Shown: positions 53,619-63,573, counted from the stretch's first letter. The stretch: DNA of 64,000 nucleotides from Planctomycetota bacterium (GCA_965248445.1 CBDFJG010000003.1:992001-1056000); one strand, 5' to 3'. The notes: generated by a model from the sequence alone, not told the origin. Program-made: numbers and translations.

Positions 53619-54638
53619 GTGCTGGTCATCGGGATCGACGAGGCCGGATACGGACCCCTGCTGGGGCCGCTGGTGGTAGCCGGATCCGCGTTCCGGTGCG
53701 ACCTCCTCCCCGGCCTGCCCAACCTCCGCGGCCTCCCCGATCTCCGCGGCCTGCCGGGCGGCTCAAAGGGAGAGGGAGCGCTTGCAGGCGCCCTCGATGC
53801 CGAACGGCGGGTTCGCGACGTGTTCCGGACACCCGGCGTGCCGGTCGTCGGCGACAGCAAGGTCCTGCACGCTCGCGGCGGCGTCGCGGCGCTCGAGCGC
53901 CCGCTGCTCGCCATGCTCCGATTGCTCGGTCACCCATGGACGACCGACCTCGACGACGTGCTCGGCGCTGTGGGCGTGGCCGCAGAGGACCGCCGTGCCC
54001 CCCGGTGGTACGCGGGCGAGCCGCCGGAGTTCCCCCTCGGAAGTGACGCAACAGAAGTGCGGGCAGCGGCGGACGGACTCGACGCGGCGCTCTCCGCGCA
54101 GTGCGTCACACCGGTGGCACTCGCCGCGCGCGTCGTGCCCGAGGACCGGTTGAACCGCCGGTTCGCGGACCGCGGCAACAAGGCCACGGTTCTGTTCGAT
54201 CTTGCGACCGACGTGCTGGCGTCACTGCTCGACCACGCGCGGCACGCCGAGCCGGTCGTCGCAGTGTTCGACCGGCATGGCGGCCGGAAACGCTATCTCG
54301 GACCACTGCAGGAGCGCTTCGCGGACGGTTTCGTGTGGCGGCTCGGCGAGGCGCGGGCGGTCTCGTCGTACCGGCTCCGCGTGGAGGGCCGTGACGTCCT
54401 GGCGCGTTTCGTCGTCCGCGGCGATGCCGAGGCGCCCCAGGTCGGACTGGCGTCGATGCTCGCGAAGTACCTCCGCGAGGTCTACATGACGCTGTGGAAC
54501 GGCTGGTTCGCAGGGCTGTGCCCGGAAGTGCGGCCAACTGCCGGCTACGTGACGGACGGCAGGCGCTGGCTCGCCGAGAGCCGTTCAGCCCGCCTCCTGG
54601 CCGGCATCCCCGACGACGTCCTCGCCCGCACTCGCTGA
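53619..54638 (+). CDS. Ribonuclease HII-like protein
   Basis: GIDEAGYGPLLGPLVV, GDSK, RGDA...LASMLAK, TAGY. Confidence 0.75.
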   Translation: MLVIGIDEAGYGPLLGPLVVAGSAFRCDLLPGLPNLRGLPDLRGLPGGSKGEGALAGALDAERRVRDVFRTPGVPVVGDSKVLHARGGVAALERPLLAMLRLLGHPWTTDLDDVLGAVGVAAEDRRAPRWYAGEPPEFPLGSDATEVRAAADGLDAALSAQCVTPVALAARVVPEDRLNRRFADRGNKATVLFDLATDVLASLLDHARHAEPVVAVFDRHGGRKRYLGPLQERFADGFVWRLGEARAVSSYRLRVEGRDVLARFVVRGDAEAPQVGLASMLAKYLREVYMTLWNGWFAGLCPEVRPTAGYVTDGRRWLAESRSARLLAGIPDDVLARTR

Positions 54639-54774
54639 GCGCGGGCGGCCGGCTCCCGATCCTCGCGCGCGCCCGCGGGAGGCCTCGTAGACTCCCAGGC
54701 TCGATCGAACGGCCGGCGCGGGTTCCGTGCGGCCCGTGGATGAAGCAGTACGGCGGCGCCGTGGGGACGACAGA

Positions 54775-56469
54775 ATGCTCGACGACCTGACCATCGCACG
54801 ACGCGCGCGGCTGCGGCCGATCCAGGAGGTGGCCGAGCGCATCGGCCTGCGCGAGGCCGACCTCGAGCCCTACGGCCGCTACAAGGCCAAGGTCTCCCTG
54901 GATGTCCTCGACCGTCTGCCCGAGCGGCCGAACGGACGGTACATCGTGATCACCGCGGTCACCCCGACCCCGCTCGGCGAGGGCAAGACGGTCAACACGA
55001 TCGGAGCCGGTCTCGGTCTCAACCGGATCGGCAAGAGCGCGATCACGTGCATCCGGCAGCCGTCCATGGGGCCCGTGTTCGGGATCAAGGGCGGCGCGGC
55101 CGGCGGCGGGTACAGCCAGGTCGTCCCGATGGAGGACTTCAACCTGCACCTGACCGGTGACATGCACGCGGTCGGCGCCGCGCACAACCTGCTCGCCGCG
55201 TGGGTGGACACCTCTCTGATACACGGCAACATCTACGACATCGACCCGGACTCGATCCAGCTGCGCCGCGTCGTCGACGTCTCCGACCGAGCGCTCCGCC
55301 GCATCTCGGTGGGACTGGGGGAGAAGTCCGAGCTGTTCCCGCGGGAGTCGGGTTTCGACATCACGGCGGCATCCGAGGTGATGGCGTGTCTAGCGCTCGC
55401 CAAGGACTACCAGGACCTGCGGCGCCGGATGGGGCGGATCATCGTCGGTGCGAACAACGCCGGCGACCCGGTCACGGCCGACGACGTCGGCGCCACCGGA
55501 TCCATGGCCGTGATCATGAAGGACGCTGTCCTGCCGACGTTGATGCAGACGATCGAGGGTACGCCCTGCCTCGTGCACGCAGGTCCGTTCGCCAACATCG
55601 CGGTGGGGAACAGTTCGATCATCGCCGACCGCGTCGCGAGGCGGTGCGCGGACTACGTCGTGACGGAGGCCGGCTTCGGCGCGGACATGGGAGCGGAGAA
55701 GTTCTTCGACCTCAAGTGCCGCGCCTCGGGAATGCGGCCCCATGCGGCCGGGGTTGTCGTGACGCTGCGCGCTCTCAAAATGCACGGGTCGGACGTCAAG
55801 GTGCGGCTCGGCAAGGACCTGCCGAACGAGTTGACCGAGGAGAACCAGGAGGCTCTCGAGCGCGGCTTCGCGAACCTTGCGAAGCACATCGAGAACGTCC
55901 GCAAGTTCGGCGTCCAGCCCGTCGTCATCGTCAACCGCTTCCCGGGCGACACCGAGCGCGAGATGGAGTGGGTGCGCGAGGCCGCCGTCGCGCACGGCGC
56001 GTTCCGGGCGGAGATCAGCGAGGCGTTCATGCGCGGGGGCGCGGGCATGGAGAACGTCGCAGAGGCGCTCGTCGAGGCGTGCGAGGCCGCTGGTGAGTTC
56101 AAGCTCCTGTATCCCGACGAAGCGAGCATCGAACAGAAGATCGAGACACTCGCCACCGAGATCTACGGCGCCGAGGGCGTCGACTACGAACCCGCCGCGA
56201 GCGAAGCGATCGCGCGCTACACGAAGTGGGGACTCTCGAACCTGCCGATTTGCATGGCGAAGACGCAGCTCTCGATCAGTCACGACGCGGCGCTGCGGGG
56301 CCGGCCGTCCGGATACCGATTCCCGATTCGCGACGTGCGCGTGTCTGCGGGCGCCGGGTTCCTGTATCCGCTCGCCGGCACGATGCGCACCATGCCCGGG
56401 CTGCCGAAGAGGCCGGGTCTGCTGAGGATCGACGTGGACGCCGACGGCAACCCGCTAGGTCTGTTCTGA
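54775..56469 (+). CDS. fhs: Formate--tetrahydrofolate ligase
   Basis: PTPLGEGKT, GIKGGAAGGGYSQ, HAGPFANIA, TEAGFGAD, TMPGL. Confidence 0.95.
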   Translation: MLDDLTIARRARLRPIQEVAERIGLREADLEPYGRYKAKVSLDVLDRLPERPNGRYIVITAVTPTPLGEGKTVNTIGAGLGLNRIGKSAITCIRQPSMGPVFGIKGGAAGGGYSQVVPMEDFNLHLTGDMHAVGAAHNLLAAWVDTSLIHGNIYDIDPDSIQLRRVVDVSDRALRRISVGLGEKSELFPRESGFDITAASEVMACLALAKDYQDLRRRMGRIIVGANNAGDPVTADDVGATGSMAVIMKDAVLPTLMQTIEGTPCLVHAGPFANIAVGNSSIIADRVARRCADYVVTEAGFGADMGAEKFFDLKCRASGMRPHAAGVVVTLRALKMHGSDVKVRLGKDLPNELTEENQEALERGFANLAKHIENVRKFGVQPVVIVNRFPGDTEREMEWVREAAVAHGAFRAEISEAFMRGGAGMENVAEALVEACEAAGEFKLLYPDEASIEQKIETLATEIYGAEGVDYEPAASEAIARYTKWGLSNLPICMAKTQLSISHDAALRGRPSGYRFPIRDVRVSAGAGFLYPLAGTMRTMPGLPKRPGLLRIDVDADGNPLGLF

Positions 56470-56582
56470 ATGGCCGGTGGGTCTCTTCTAGTGGCCGAGT
56501 CGGCGGCGACTGCCGACCCCGGACAGCCGATGTAACCTCGACGCGCTCCGCCCCGTCCTCACGAAAGGAACACCCGTACCAC

Positions 56583-58124
56583 GTGGTCCGACCGCTCTTG
56601 CTCATCGTGATCGACGGGTTCGGGCTGGCACCGCCGGGCGACGGCAATGCCATCTCGCTCGCGCGCACGCCGGTGCTCGACCGTCTGCATGCCGAATTCC
56701 CGTGGGCGCCCGTGCAGGCGTCGGGGCTCGACGTCGGACTGCCCGCCGGGATCATGGGCAACTCCGAGGTCGGGCACATGAACATCGGTGCCGGCCGGGT
56801 GGTCCCCCAGGACATCGTCCGGATTGACGAGGCGATCTCCTCGGGTTCGCTCCCTGACAACGAGACCCTTCGCGACGCGGCGAACGCCGCGCTGCGTCGC
56901 GGGGGGCGCCTGCATCTGATGGGCCTGTACTCGCCGGGCAAGGTGCACGCCTCGGACGCGCACGTGCGCGCCCTGATCGACGCCGCCGCGGCCCACCTGC
57001 CGCCGGATCGCGTGTTCGTGCACCTGTTCGCCGACGGGCGCGACACACCGCCCCGTTCGGCCGAGGCGTACTTCGAGGGCCTGATCGGTCACGCCCAGGG
57101 AAAGGCGATCTTGGCAACCGTTTCCGGCCGCTACTTCGCGATGGACCGCGACACGCGCTGGGAGCGCACGGAACTCGCGTATCGCGCAGTCGTAGCGGGT
57201 GACGGCGCAGCAGCCGGCGACGCTCTCGACGCCGTGCGGCGGGGGTACGACCGCGGAGAGACCGACGAGTTCCTGACGCCAACCGTGCTCGCTTCTGCGC
57301 GCGAGGTGGTGGGCGACGGCACACCGCTGATGGGAGTCGGCGACGCGACGTTCTTCTGGAACTTCCGGGCGGACCGGGCGCGCCAGATGTGCGCGGCGCT
57401 CGTGGATCCCGCTTTCGACGGATTTGCGCGCGGCGCGCCCGTGCGCGACCTGCACCTCGCGTCGATGACGGTCTACGACGAGCAGCAGACGTGGCCCGCT
57501 GCGTTCCCGCCGGTGACCTACGACGGCCTGCTGAGCGAGGAGTGGTCCGCGGCCGGTCTTCGGCAGCTGCGCATCGCTGAGACCGAGAAGTACGCCCACG
57601 TCACGTACTTCTTCAACGGTGGCAAGGAGGCCGTGCTCCCGGGCGAGGATCGCATCCTGATCCCGAGCCCACGGGTGGCCACGTACGACGAGAAGCCCGA
57701 GATGAGCGCGCCCGGGATCACGGCCGCGCTGCTGGCGGCGCACGCCGGGTTCGACCGGATCGTGCTGAACTTCGCCAATCCGGACATGGTCGGCCACACG
57801 GGTGACGTGGCGGCCACCGTGCGGGCCGTCGAGGTCGTGGACGACTGCATCGGACGCCTCGCGGAGGCGCTGTTCTCGCGGGGCGGTGTGGTTGCCGTCA
57901 CGGCAGACCATGGCAACGCGGAGATGATGTTCGACCCAGCGACCGGCCAGCCGCACACGGCCCACACCATCCATCCCGTTCCCTTTCTCGTCGCCGGCGC
58001 TGGAAACGGGTTCACTCTTGCGCTGGGAGGGCGTCTCGCGGACATCGCGCCGACGCTCTTGGAACTCGACCAGCTGGAACCACCGCCCGAGATGACCGGC
58101 AGGAGCCTCGTAACCCGCCCATGA
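56583..58124 (+). CDS. gpmI: 2,3-bisphosphoglycerate-independent phosphoglycerate mutase
   Basis: MGNSEVGH, GRYFAMDRD, AETEKYAHVT, NPDMVGHTG, TADHGN. Confidence 0.95.
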   Translation: MVRPLLLIVIDGFGLAPPGDGNAISLARTPVLDRLHAEFPWAPVQASGLDVGLPAGIMGNSEVGHMNIGAGRVVPQDIVRIDEAISSGSLPDNETLRDAANAALRRGGRLHLMGLYSPGKVHASDAHVRALIDAAAAHLPPDRVFVHLFADGRDTPPRSAEAYFEGLIGHAQGKAILATVSGRYFAMDRDTRWERTELAYRAVVAGDGAAAGDALDAVRRGYDRGETDEFLTPTVLASAREVVGDGTPLMGVGDATFFWNFRADRARQMCAALVDPAFDGFARGAPVRDLHLASMTVYDEQQTWPAAFPPVTYDGLLSEEWSAAGLRQLRIAETEKYAHVTYFFNGGKEAVLPGEDRILIPSPRVATYDEKPEMSAPGITAALLAAHAGFDRIVLNFANPDMVGHTGDVAATVRAVEVVDDCIGRLAEALFSRGGVVAVTADHGNAEMMFDPATGQPHTAHTIHPVPFLVAGAGNGFTLALGGRLADIAPTLLELDQLEPPPEMTGRSLVTRP

Positions 58125-59467
58125 GCAACGAACTGTTCACCGTGGACGTGACCGCCGCAATGGACGCGGCCGTCGGCGCCGAGAATGGGGTGCGACAGGC
58201 GGAGTTCGACGCGCTGGTCGCCGACGGACGAAAGGTGCACGACGACCTGTTGCTGTCCCGGGCGCGGGGCCAAGTCGGGTTCGGTGACCTGTACATGCTC
58301 GGCCGCGAGGCGATGCGCGCGCGGGATGCGGCCGAGTCGCTAGCCAGCCGGTTCGACAACGTCGCGGTGCTCGCCCAGGGTGCGGAGGCTGATGTCGCGT
58401 CCGCGATGGTCGGCGCACTCGCCCATCCGTTCCACAACCTGTTGCCGAGGGCGGGCCGTGCCGGCCGGCCGCGCGTGTTCCTCGTGGACTCGATGGGTCC
58501 GGCACGGCTGGGCGCGTTCCTGGAGAGCTTCGCAGTCGAACAGACGCTGATGCTGCTCCTGTCGAAGTCCGGTTCCGACATCGGCGCAATGGTCCAGTAC
58601 GGGATCGTGCGCGACATGCTGAAGAAGCGCGTCGGACCCGGGTACCAAGACCACCTGGTGATCGTCACCGATGGACGCAGCGGCACGCTGCGCGAGGAGG
58701 CGCTGCGCGAGGGCTACCTGTCGTTCGAGGTTCCAGCGAACGTCCCCTCGCGCTTCTCGGCGCTCACTCCGGTGGGCCTGCTTCCGGCCGCACTGGCCGG
58801 AGGCGACGTGCGCGGCGTGTTGGGCGGGGCGCACGGCGCGGCGGAACTCACGGCGGGGGAGGACCTGCGCACGAACCCGGCGTATCGGTTCGCCGCCGCG
58901 CTGCACGTGCTCGCGCGCGAACGCGGCCGGCGCCACGTCTTCGTGACCGCCTGCCAGGGCACGCTGTCGAGCACGGCCGTTCAACTGGCGCGCTTGCTGG
59001 AACAGTGCATGGGCAGCGACGACGGCCCGACGTTCAGTCCGATCACGCTGACGCGCGACGGCGCTGCGCTCGCGGAGCGCAGCCTCACCGGCCGCCGCGA
59101 CACCGTGGTCGTGCTCCTCGAGGTGCAGAAGGAGTCGCGCGACCGCGTCTTGCCCGACGACGTGCCCGGACTGCCGGCGGTCGCAGGCGGCCACCTTTCC
59201 GACGTCTCCGGCGCGCTGGTGGAAGCCACTGCCGACCTACTGCGGGAGGCGGGCGTTCCCGTGCTCCGGCTGCGGCTGCCCACGCTCGCCGCGAACGCGG
59301 TGGGAGCGCTGCACATGACCGCGATGCTGGGGGCTGCGTTCGGTGCTGGCCTGGCGTCGCGGGAGCACTCTGACTCGACGGGCAGGGATCGCCTGCGGGC
59401 CGCACTGGTCGAGCGCCTCGGCGCCCCGCCCCCCGCACCGTCCGCCGCCTCTCAGCCCGGCGACTGA
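58121..59467 (+). CDS. Glucose-6-phosphate isomerase-like protein (catalytic motifs degenerate)
   Basis: SKSG, VTD, RFSALTPVGLLP, NPA in PGI-like positions; GIGGS, ESxGK and QPGVE are absent. Confidence 0.7.
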   Translation: MSNELFTVDVTAAMDAAVGAENGVRQAEFDALVADGRKVHDDLLLSRARGQVGFGDLYMLGREAMRARDAAESLASRFDNVAVLAQGAEADVASAMVGALAHPFHNLLPRAGRAGRPRVFLVDSMGPARLGAFLESFAVEQTLMLLLSKSGSDIGAMVQYGIVRDMLKKRVGPGYQDHLVIVTDGRSGTLREEALREGYLSFEVPANVPSRFSALTPVGLLPAALAGGDVRGVLGGAHGAAELTAGEDLRTNPAYRFAAALHVLARERGRRHVFVTACQGTLSSTAVQLARLLEQCMGSDDGPTFSPITLTRDGAALAERSLTGRRDTVVVLLEVQKESRDRVLPDDVPGLPAVAGGHLSDVSGALVEATADLLREAGVPVLRLRLPTLAANAVGALHMTAMLGAAFGAGLASREHSDSTGRDRLRAALVERLGAPPPAPSAASQPGD

Positions 59468-59652
59468 TCAGGCGCGCGACTGGGATCGGCCCGATCGGCC
59501 CCGCCACTCATCCACCCGCTACTGATCCACTGGGCGCCGCGATTGAGCCTGAGCGCGGGTCTTCACGGCCCCCGTAAGGCGTCCCTCGCGGGAGATACGC
59601 TGAGCGGTCGCCCTTCCGTTCTCGGTGTCAGACGGCCCTCGGCGCTCAAAAC

Positions 59653-60096
59653 TCAGGCGTCCAGGTCGAGAGCCTCTCCGGCTCGCTGGATGTCTGCGGA
59701 GAGACGCAGGAAGTCGTCGAGTTGGAGACGATCCCCATCGGACATGCTCGTGAAGAAGATCGCTGTCTCGTGCTCGCCCGGCCCGTCTGGCGGCCCGTCT
59801 ACCGTCTCGGGATCGACGGACGCGTCCGTCGAGTGGGAGCCCGTCGGTCTGCACCGCACGACGACTCCCTGGCAGTTGACGTGGTGCTCCACACCCCCGC
59901 TCCCCGGCAGGACCAGCACGAGCCCCACCTGGGTCATGACCGGGAGTGCGTGGTCCGTCGTGCAGCGCACGCCCGACAGCGACACGTCCTCGACAACGGC
60001 CTTGCCGCCGGCACCGCTGGCGCCGGGAAGACGGAGTTCCACCGGCAGTCGTGCGCGGTGGCGGCGCGTCCGGCGGCGTTCGGTTGCGGGCTTCAT
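59653..60096 (-). CDS. PilZ domain protein
   Basis: RxxxR (ERRRTRR) and DVSLSG motifs, GVVVR. Confidence 0.8.
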   Translation of the reverse strand: MKPATERRRTRRHRARLPVELRLPGASGAGGKAVVEDVSLSGVRCTTDHALPVMTQVGLVLVLPGSGGVEHHVNCQGVVVRCRPTGSHSTDASVDPETVDGPPDGPGEHETAIFFTSMSDGDRLQLDDFLRLSADIQRAGEALDLDA

Positions 60097-60306
60097 CGAC
60101 TCTTCCTCTCGCGCGCAGTTCGCAGTGCCATTTCGCCGCGATGGTCGCTTCGGGACGCTCCCGGCGAGCGCGATGGTAGCAGCGCGCACGGCAGCGTGTT
60201 CGGCAAGTTGCACGTGGCGGTCGATCTCAGGACGGGAACATCGCACGGGCGTCGTCCCCGTGAGAGAACATGGCGTGTTCATTCACGCACCAGACGACGC
60301 GTACAA

Positions 60307-60372
60307 CTGACAGTTCTCTGTGGCACCTGACAGCTTGCATTTGCGCCTGACAACTCAACGGGCTGACTGACA
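60307..60372. promoter_or_regulatory. Four CTGACA direct repeats at exact 20-bp period upstream of ssb
   Basis: CTGACA at 60307, 60327, 60347 and 60367. Confidence 0.6.
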
Positions 60373-60449
60373 CACACTCTGCATAGCCCTCTCTCTCCGG
60401 GAACCTCTCTCTCTGGGAACAATGGGCTCTCTTGAAACGAGGAGACGAC

Positions 60450-60953
60450 ATGGCCAACTTCAACAAGGTGCTCCTGATCGGCAATCTGACGCGCGATCCC
60501 GAGCTGCGCTTCGGCGGCGGCGGCGGGAGTGCGATCTGCAAGTTCGGGCTGGCCGTGAATCGCACGTTCACCACGAAGAGCGGTGAGCGCCAGGAGGACA
60601 CGTGCTTCGTCGACGTCGTCGTTTTCGGGCCGCAGGCGGAGACCTGCAACGAGTACCTCTCCAAGGGCCGGCCGGTGTTCATCGAGGGACGGTTGAACTT
60701 CAGCTCTTGGGAGGACCGCGAGACGGGGAAGCGCCGCTCCAAGCTGGAAGTCGTGGGCGAGCGCGTCCAGTTCCTCGGTGGTCGCGGCGAGGGCGGCGGT
60801 GGTCGCATGGGCGGTGGCGATCGCGGCGCAGATCGCGGATCAGATCGGGGCGGGTACGACCGAGCTCCCCGCCGAGAGCCGCAGTCCGAGCCGGCACAGA
60901 AAGCGGCGCCTGCGCCCGCACCCGGCATCGACTTCGACGACATCCCCTTCTAG
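60450..60953 (+). CDS. ssb: Single-stranded DNA-binding protein
   Basis: NKVLLIGNLTRDPELR, IEGRL, Gly-rich linker, C-terminal DDIPF. Confidence 0.96.
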   Translation: MANFNKVLLIGNLTRDPELRFGGGGGSAICKFGLAVNRTFTTKSGERQEDTCFVDVVVFGPQAETCNEYLSKGRPVFIEGRLNFSSWEDRETGKRRSKLEVVGERVQFLGGRGEGGGGRMGGGDRGADRGSDRGGYDRAPRREPQSEPAQKAAPAPAPGIDFDDIPF

Positions 60954-61195
60954 TTACGGCTCCGCCGTAACTAGAAGGGGATGATGTGTCCCTCCTACGC
61001 CGCCTCCGGCGGCTACGGAGGGCTGCGGTCACGGCGCTCGCTCCGCAAGCGCCGTGACCTTCGCGATTCACGCAACGAGTGCGGTTGTTCACGCCGTCGA
61101 GCGCTGGCACGCGCTCATCGGGTCGCGGGCGTTCGGTCGCGCCGCCGCGTGGAAGTTGTGCGAGCACTGCAGCGTCGACACGGGCGTGTGACGGC
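60941..61195. repeat. 20-bp perfect hairpin over the ssb stop plus modular REP-like repeat, copy 2
   Basis: IR 60941-60960/60964-60983; module A 60989-61042; inverted module B 61082-61195. Confidence 0.75.
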
Positions 61196-61206
61196 TTGGT
61201 CCCGCA

Positions 61207-61848
61207 CTACTCCGTGATCGTCGGTGGCTTCCTCTGCAGGGCGCCGGGGCGGCGCTGTGCTTCCGCCATCGCTTGACGTGCCTCGTCCTGTCGTCCGGCC
61301 GCCGCCAGCAACCTGGCGCGGCGTTGCAGAGGCTCTTTGGCGAGGTCGTTGGTGGCGGCTGCGAGGCGGAACCAGTCGAGCGCTTCGCCGGCCCGGCCCT
61401 GGTTCTCGGCGAGGGCGCCCAGGTTGAACAGTGCGGGCGCGAACCCGGGGTCGGTTCGCACCGCGCGCACGAGCCACTCACGACCCTCGGCCGTGCGGCC
61501 CTGTTGCAGGTAGGTCATCGCCAGCGCGACGCCGGCGGCGGTGAGCGTCGGGTCGGACTCGAGGGCCTTCGTGTACGCCGCGCGCGCTGCGTCGAGGTTC
61601 CCGCGCCGCTCTTCGAGGTTGGCCAGGAACATCAGCGGATCGACGAAGCCGGGGCGTTCCTCGGCGGCTCGCGCGAGCAGTTCGGCCGCGCGATTGTCGT
61701 CGCCTGCCTGGGCTGCCGCGATCGCCTCGCGCACCGTCTCGACGGCCTGCTTCTCCGGCGTGGTCGAGCCGCAGGCCGCGGAGAGCAGGGCCGCGGCGAC
61801 GACCACGAGGGCCGCCCAACGGCTCTGGCATCCCCAACGGCCGCTCAT
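61207..61848 (-). CDS. Tetratricopeptide-repeat lipoprotein
   Basis: Lipobox SAAC; TPR patterns (YTKALESDP, ALFNLG). Confidence 0.8.
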   Translation of the reverse strand: MSGRWGCQSRWAALVVVAAALLSAACGSTTPEKQAVETVREAIAAAQAGDDNRAAELLARAAEERPGFVDPLMFLANLEERRGNLDAARAAYTKALESDPTLTAAGVALAMTYLQQGRTAEGREWLVRAVRTDPGFAPALFNLGALAENQGRAGEALDWFRLAAATNDLAKEPLQRRARLLAAAGRQDEARQAMAEAQRRPGALQRKPPTITE

Positions 61849-61889
61849 CGATTCCCAACCGCACTGGGAATCCAAACGGCTCTGGGAAT
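61815..61889. repeat. Degenerate ~18-bp tandem repeats spanning the TPR gene start
   Basis: cccaacggctctggcatc / cccaacggccgctcatcgatt / cccaaccgcactgggaat / ccaaacggctctgggaat. Confidence 0.6.
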
Positions 61890-61950
61890 CACAGAGGGGA
61901 GCCGGTGTGCGGCTCCCCTCCATTCGTGTCATCTCTTGGGGGCGTATCGG

Positions 61951-62718
61951 CTACTCGCCGCCCAGGCCCCGCTCCTCGAGCATCACGCGGTGGAGGTCCG
62001 CCCACGTGTCGTCGCCCATGACGTCGAACACGGGGTGGTGGTAGCCCATCACGTTGGCGATCAGACCGGGCGGGAACAGGCCGGCCGCGAAGTCGAGAAC
62101 CTCGACCGGGCTGGCTGCAGCGCGCGCGCCGATCGCGAGGATGTTGGCGTTGCCGCCGACCTCGGACCAGTCGTTGTCGGTGCGCTTGTCGCTCGACTTC
62201 TCGAAGAGGTCCCAGCCGGTGTACTTGTAGTCCTGACCGTGGACCGTCTTCGTGCCCCACTGCGGGGTGCGCTCGACCTCGATCCAGTAGAACGGACCGA
62301 GACCACGGTGGTTGCGGTGTTCGTCCCACACGCCCCACGTGCGACCACGCATGCCCCAGTGCGAGCCGTCCCACCAGCCGGTGCCGGCTTGAGCGAACTC
62401 GGTGAGGTGTGCGTTGACGCCGAAGCCGCGACCGAAGCCGATGTCCCACGACACGACGTCGAGCAGATCGAACCAGCGGTCACGTCCCCACACCCACAGC
62501 CAATTGACCGTGCCGGGGTAGTGCTCTTCGAAGCGCCGATCCACCTCTTCCTTGTCCGGCGCGCTGCGGAGCGGGTACTGCTCCTGCGTCGCCAGATCTC
62601 GGTGAGGATTCGGGTGCCCGAGCGGGTTCGGACTGTGCAACGGGCCGGTCAAGCAGCCCGGGAGCATCAGGCCGGCGGCCATTGTGCCCACGAGGAAAGC
62701 AAAGCCCTTGATGCGCAT
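61951..62718 (-). CDS. Hypothetical Trp/Gly-rich lipoprotein
   Basis: Lipobox LPGC; RBS GGGAG; strong codon bias; amphipathic beta-like segments. Confidence 0.75.
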   Translation of the reverse strand: MRIKGFAFLVGTMAAGLMLPGCLTGPLHSPNPLGHPNPHRDLATQEQYPLRSAPDKEEVDRRFEEHYPGTVNWLWVWGRDRWFDLLDVVSWDIGFGRGFGVNAHLTEFAQAGTGWWDGSHWGMRGRTWGVWDEHRNHRGLGPFYWIEVERTPQWGTKTVHGQDYKYTGWDLFEKSSDKRTDNDWSEVGGNANILAIGARAAASPVEVLDFAAGLFPPGLIANVMGYHHPVFDVMGDDTWADLHRVMLEERGLGGE

Positions 62719-62976
62719 CGTTCTCCCTTCCGCGATTCACGCGGATCGGATGGAGCCACACGTCGACGCCCAGTGCCGACGAACGGGTCCTCCGGTTCCC
62801 AACTGCCCTAACGGCGCGAGACTCTAGCAAGGCTCCGGGAGGGGCGCAAACCCTGAATCTCGCGGATTCAACCGGTCCCTCGGGAGGGGCCGATATCAGA
62901 GGCAACTGCTTGTCTCGCAACCACTTTCGTGGATCGTGGGAGGGCGCTGTGGCGCGCAGACCGGAGGCGAGTGGCG

Positions 62977-63573
62977 ATGACCCAGGACGCGAAGTGGTGG
63001 GCCCATGAGACAGCAGTCGTGGACGACGGCGCCGAGATCGGTCCCGGCACCAAGGTGTGGCACTTCTCTCACGTCATGGCCGGGACCCGAATCGGCGCCG
63101 GCTGCAGCCTCGGCCAGAACGTGTTCGTGGCTCCCGGGACATCGCTCGGAAACAACGTGAAGGTGCAGAACAACGTCAGCATCTACGAGGGCGTCCACCT
63201 CGGCGACGACGTGTTCTGCGGACCGTCCATGGTTTTCACCAACGTCGTCAATCCGCGGGCGCACGTGTCGCGCAAGGACGAGTATCGCGAAACCCACGTC
63301 GGCCGCGGCGTGACGTTCGGTGCCAACTGCACCGTCGTCTGCGGTCACGACGTCGGGCAATTCGCGTTCGTCGCAGCGGGCGCCGTGGTGACGCGGAGCG
63401 TGCCCGACTATGCGCTCGTCGTCGGTGTGCCGGGCCGTGTCATCGGCTACATGTGCGACTGCGGATTGCGCCTGCCGGTGACCCCGTCCAACGCCGCGCA
63501 GTCGGTGGTCTGCGGACCGTGCGGTGCGGACTACGACTGGGACGGTCACGAACTTGCACGGCGGGGCGACTGA
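62977..63573 (+). CDS. Hexapeptide-repeat sugar N-acetyltransferase (WbpD-like)
   Basis: KVWHFSH, KVQNNVSIYEGV, FCGPSMVFTNVVNPR, C-terminal CxCG/CxxC. Confidence 0.88.
   Translation: MTQDAKWWAHETAVVDDGAEIGPGTKVWHFSHVMAGTRIGAGCSLGQNVFVAPGTSLGNNVKVQNNVSIYEGVHLGDDVFCGPSMVFTNVVNPRAHVSRKDEYRETHVGRGVTFGANCTVVCGHDVGQFAFVAAGAVVTRSVPDYALVVGVPGRVIGYMCDCGLRLPVTPSNAAQSVVCGPCGADYDWDGHELARRGD

Noticed and set aside
60266..60280. LexA box upstream of ssb
   Set aside because: GAACA-N5-TGTTC does not fit the LexA box spacings I know; kept only as a side note.
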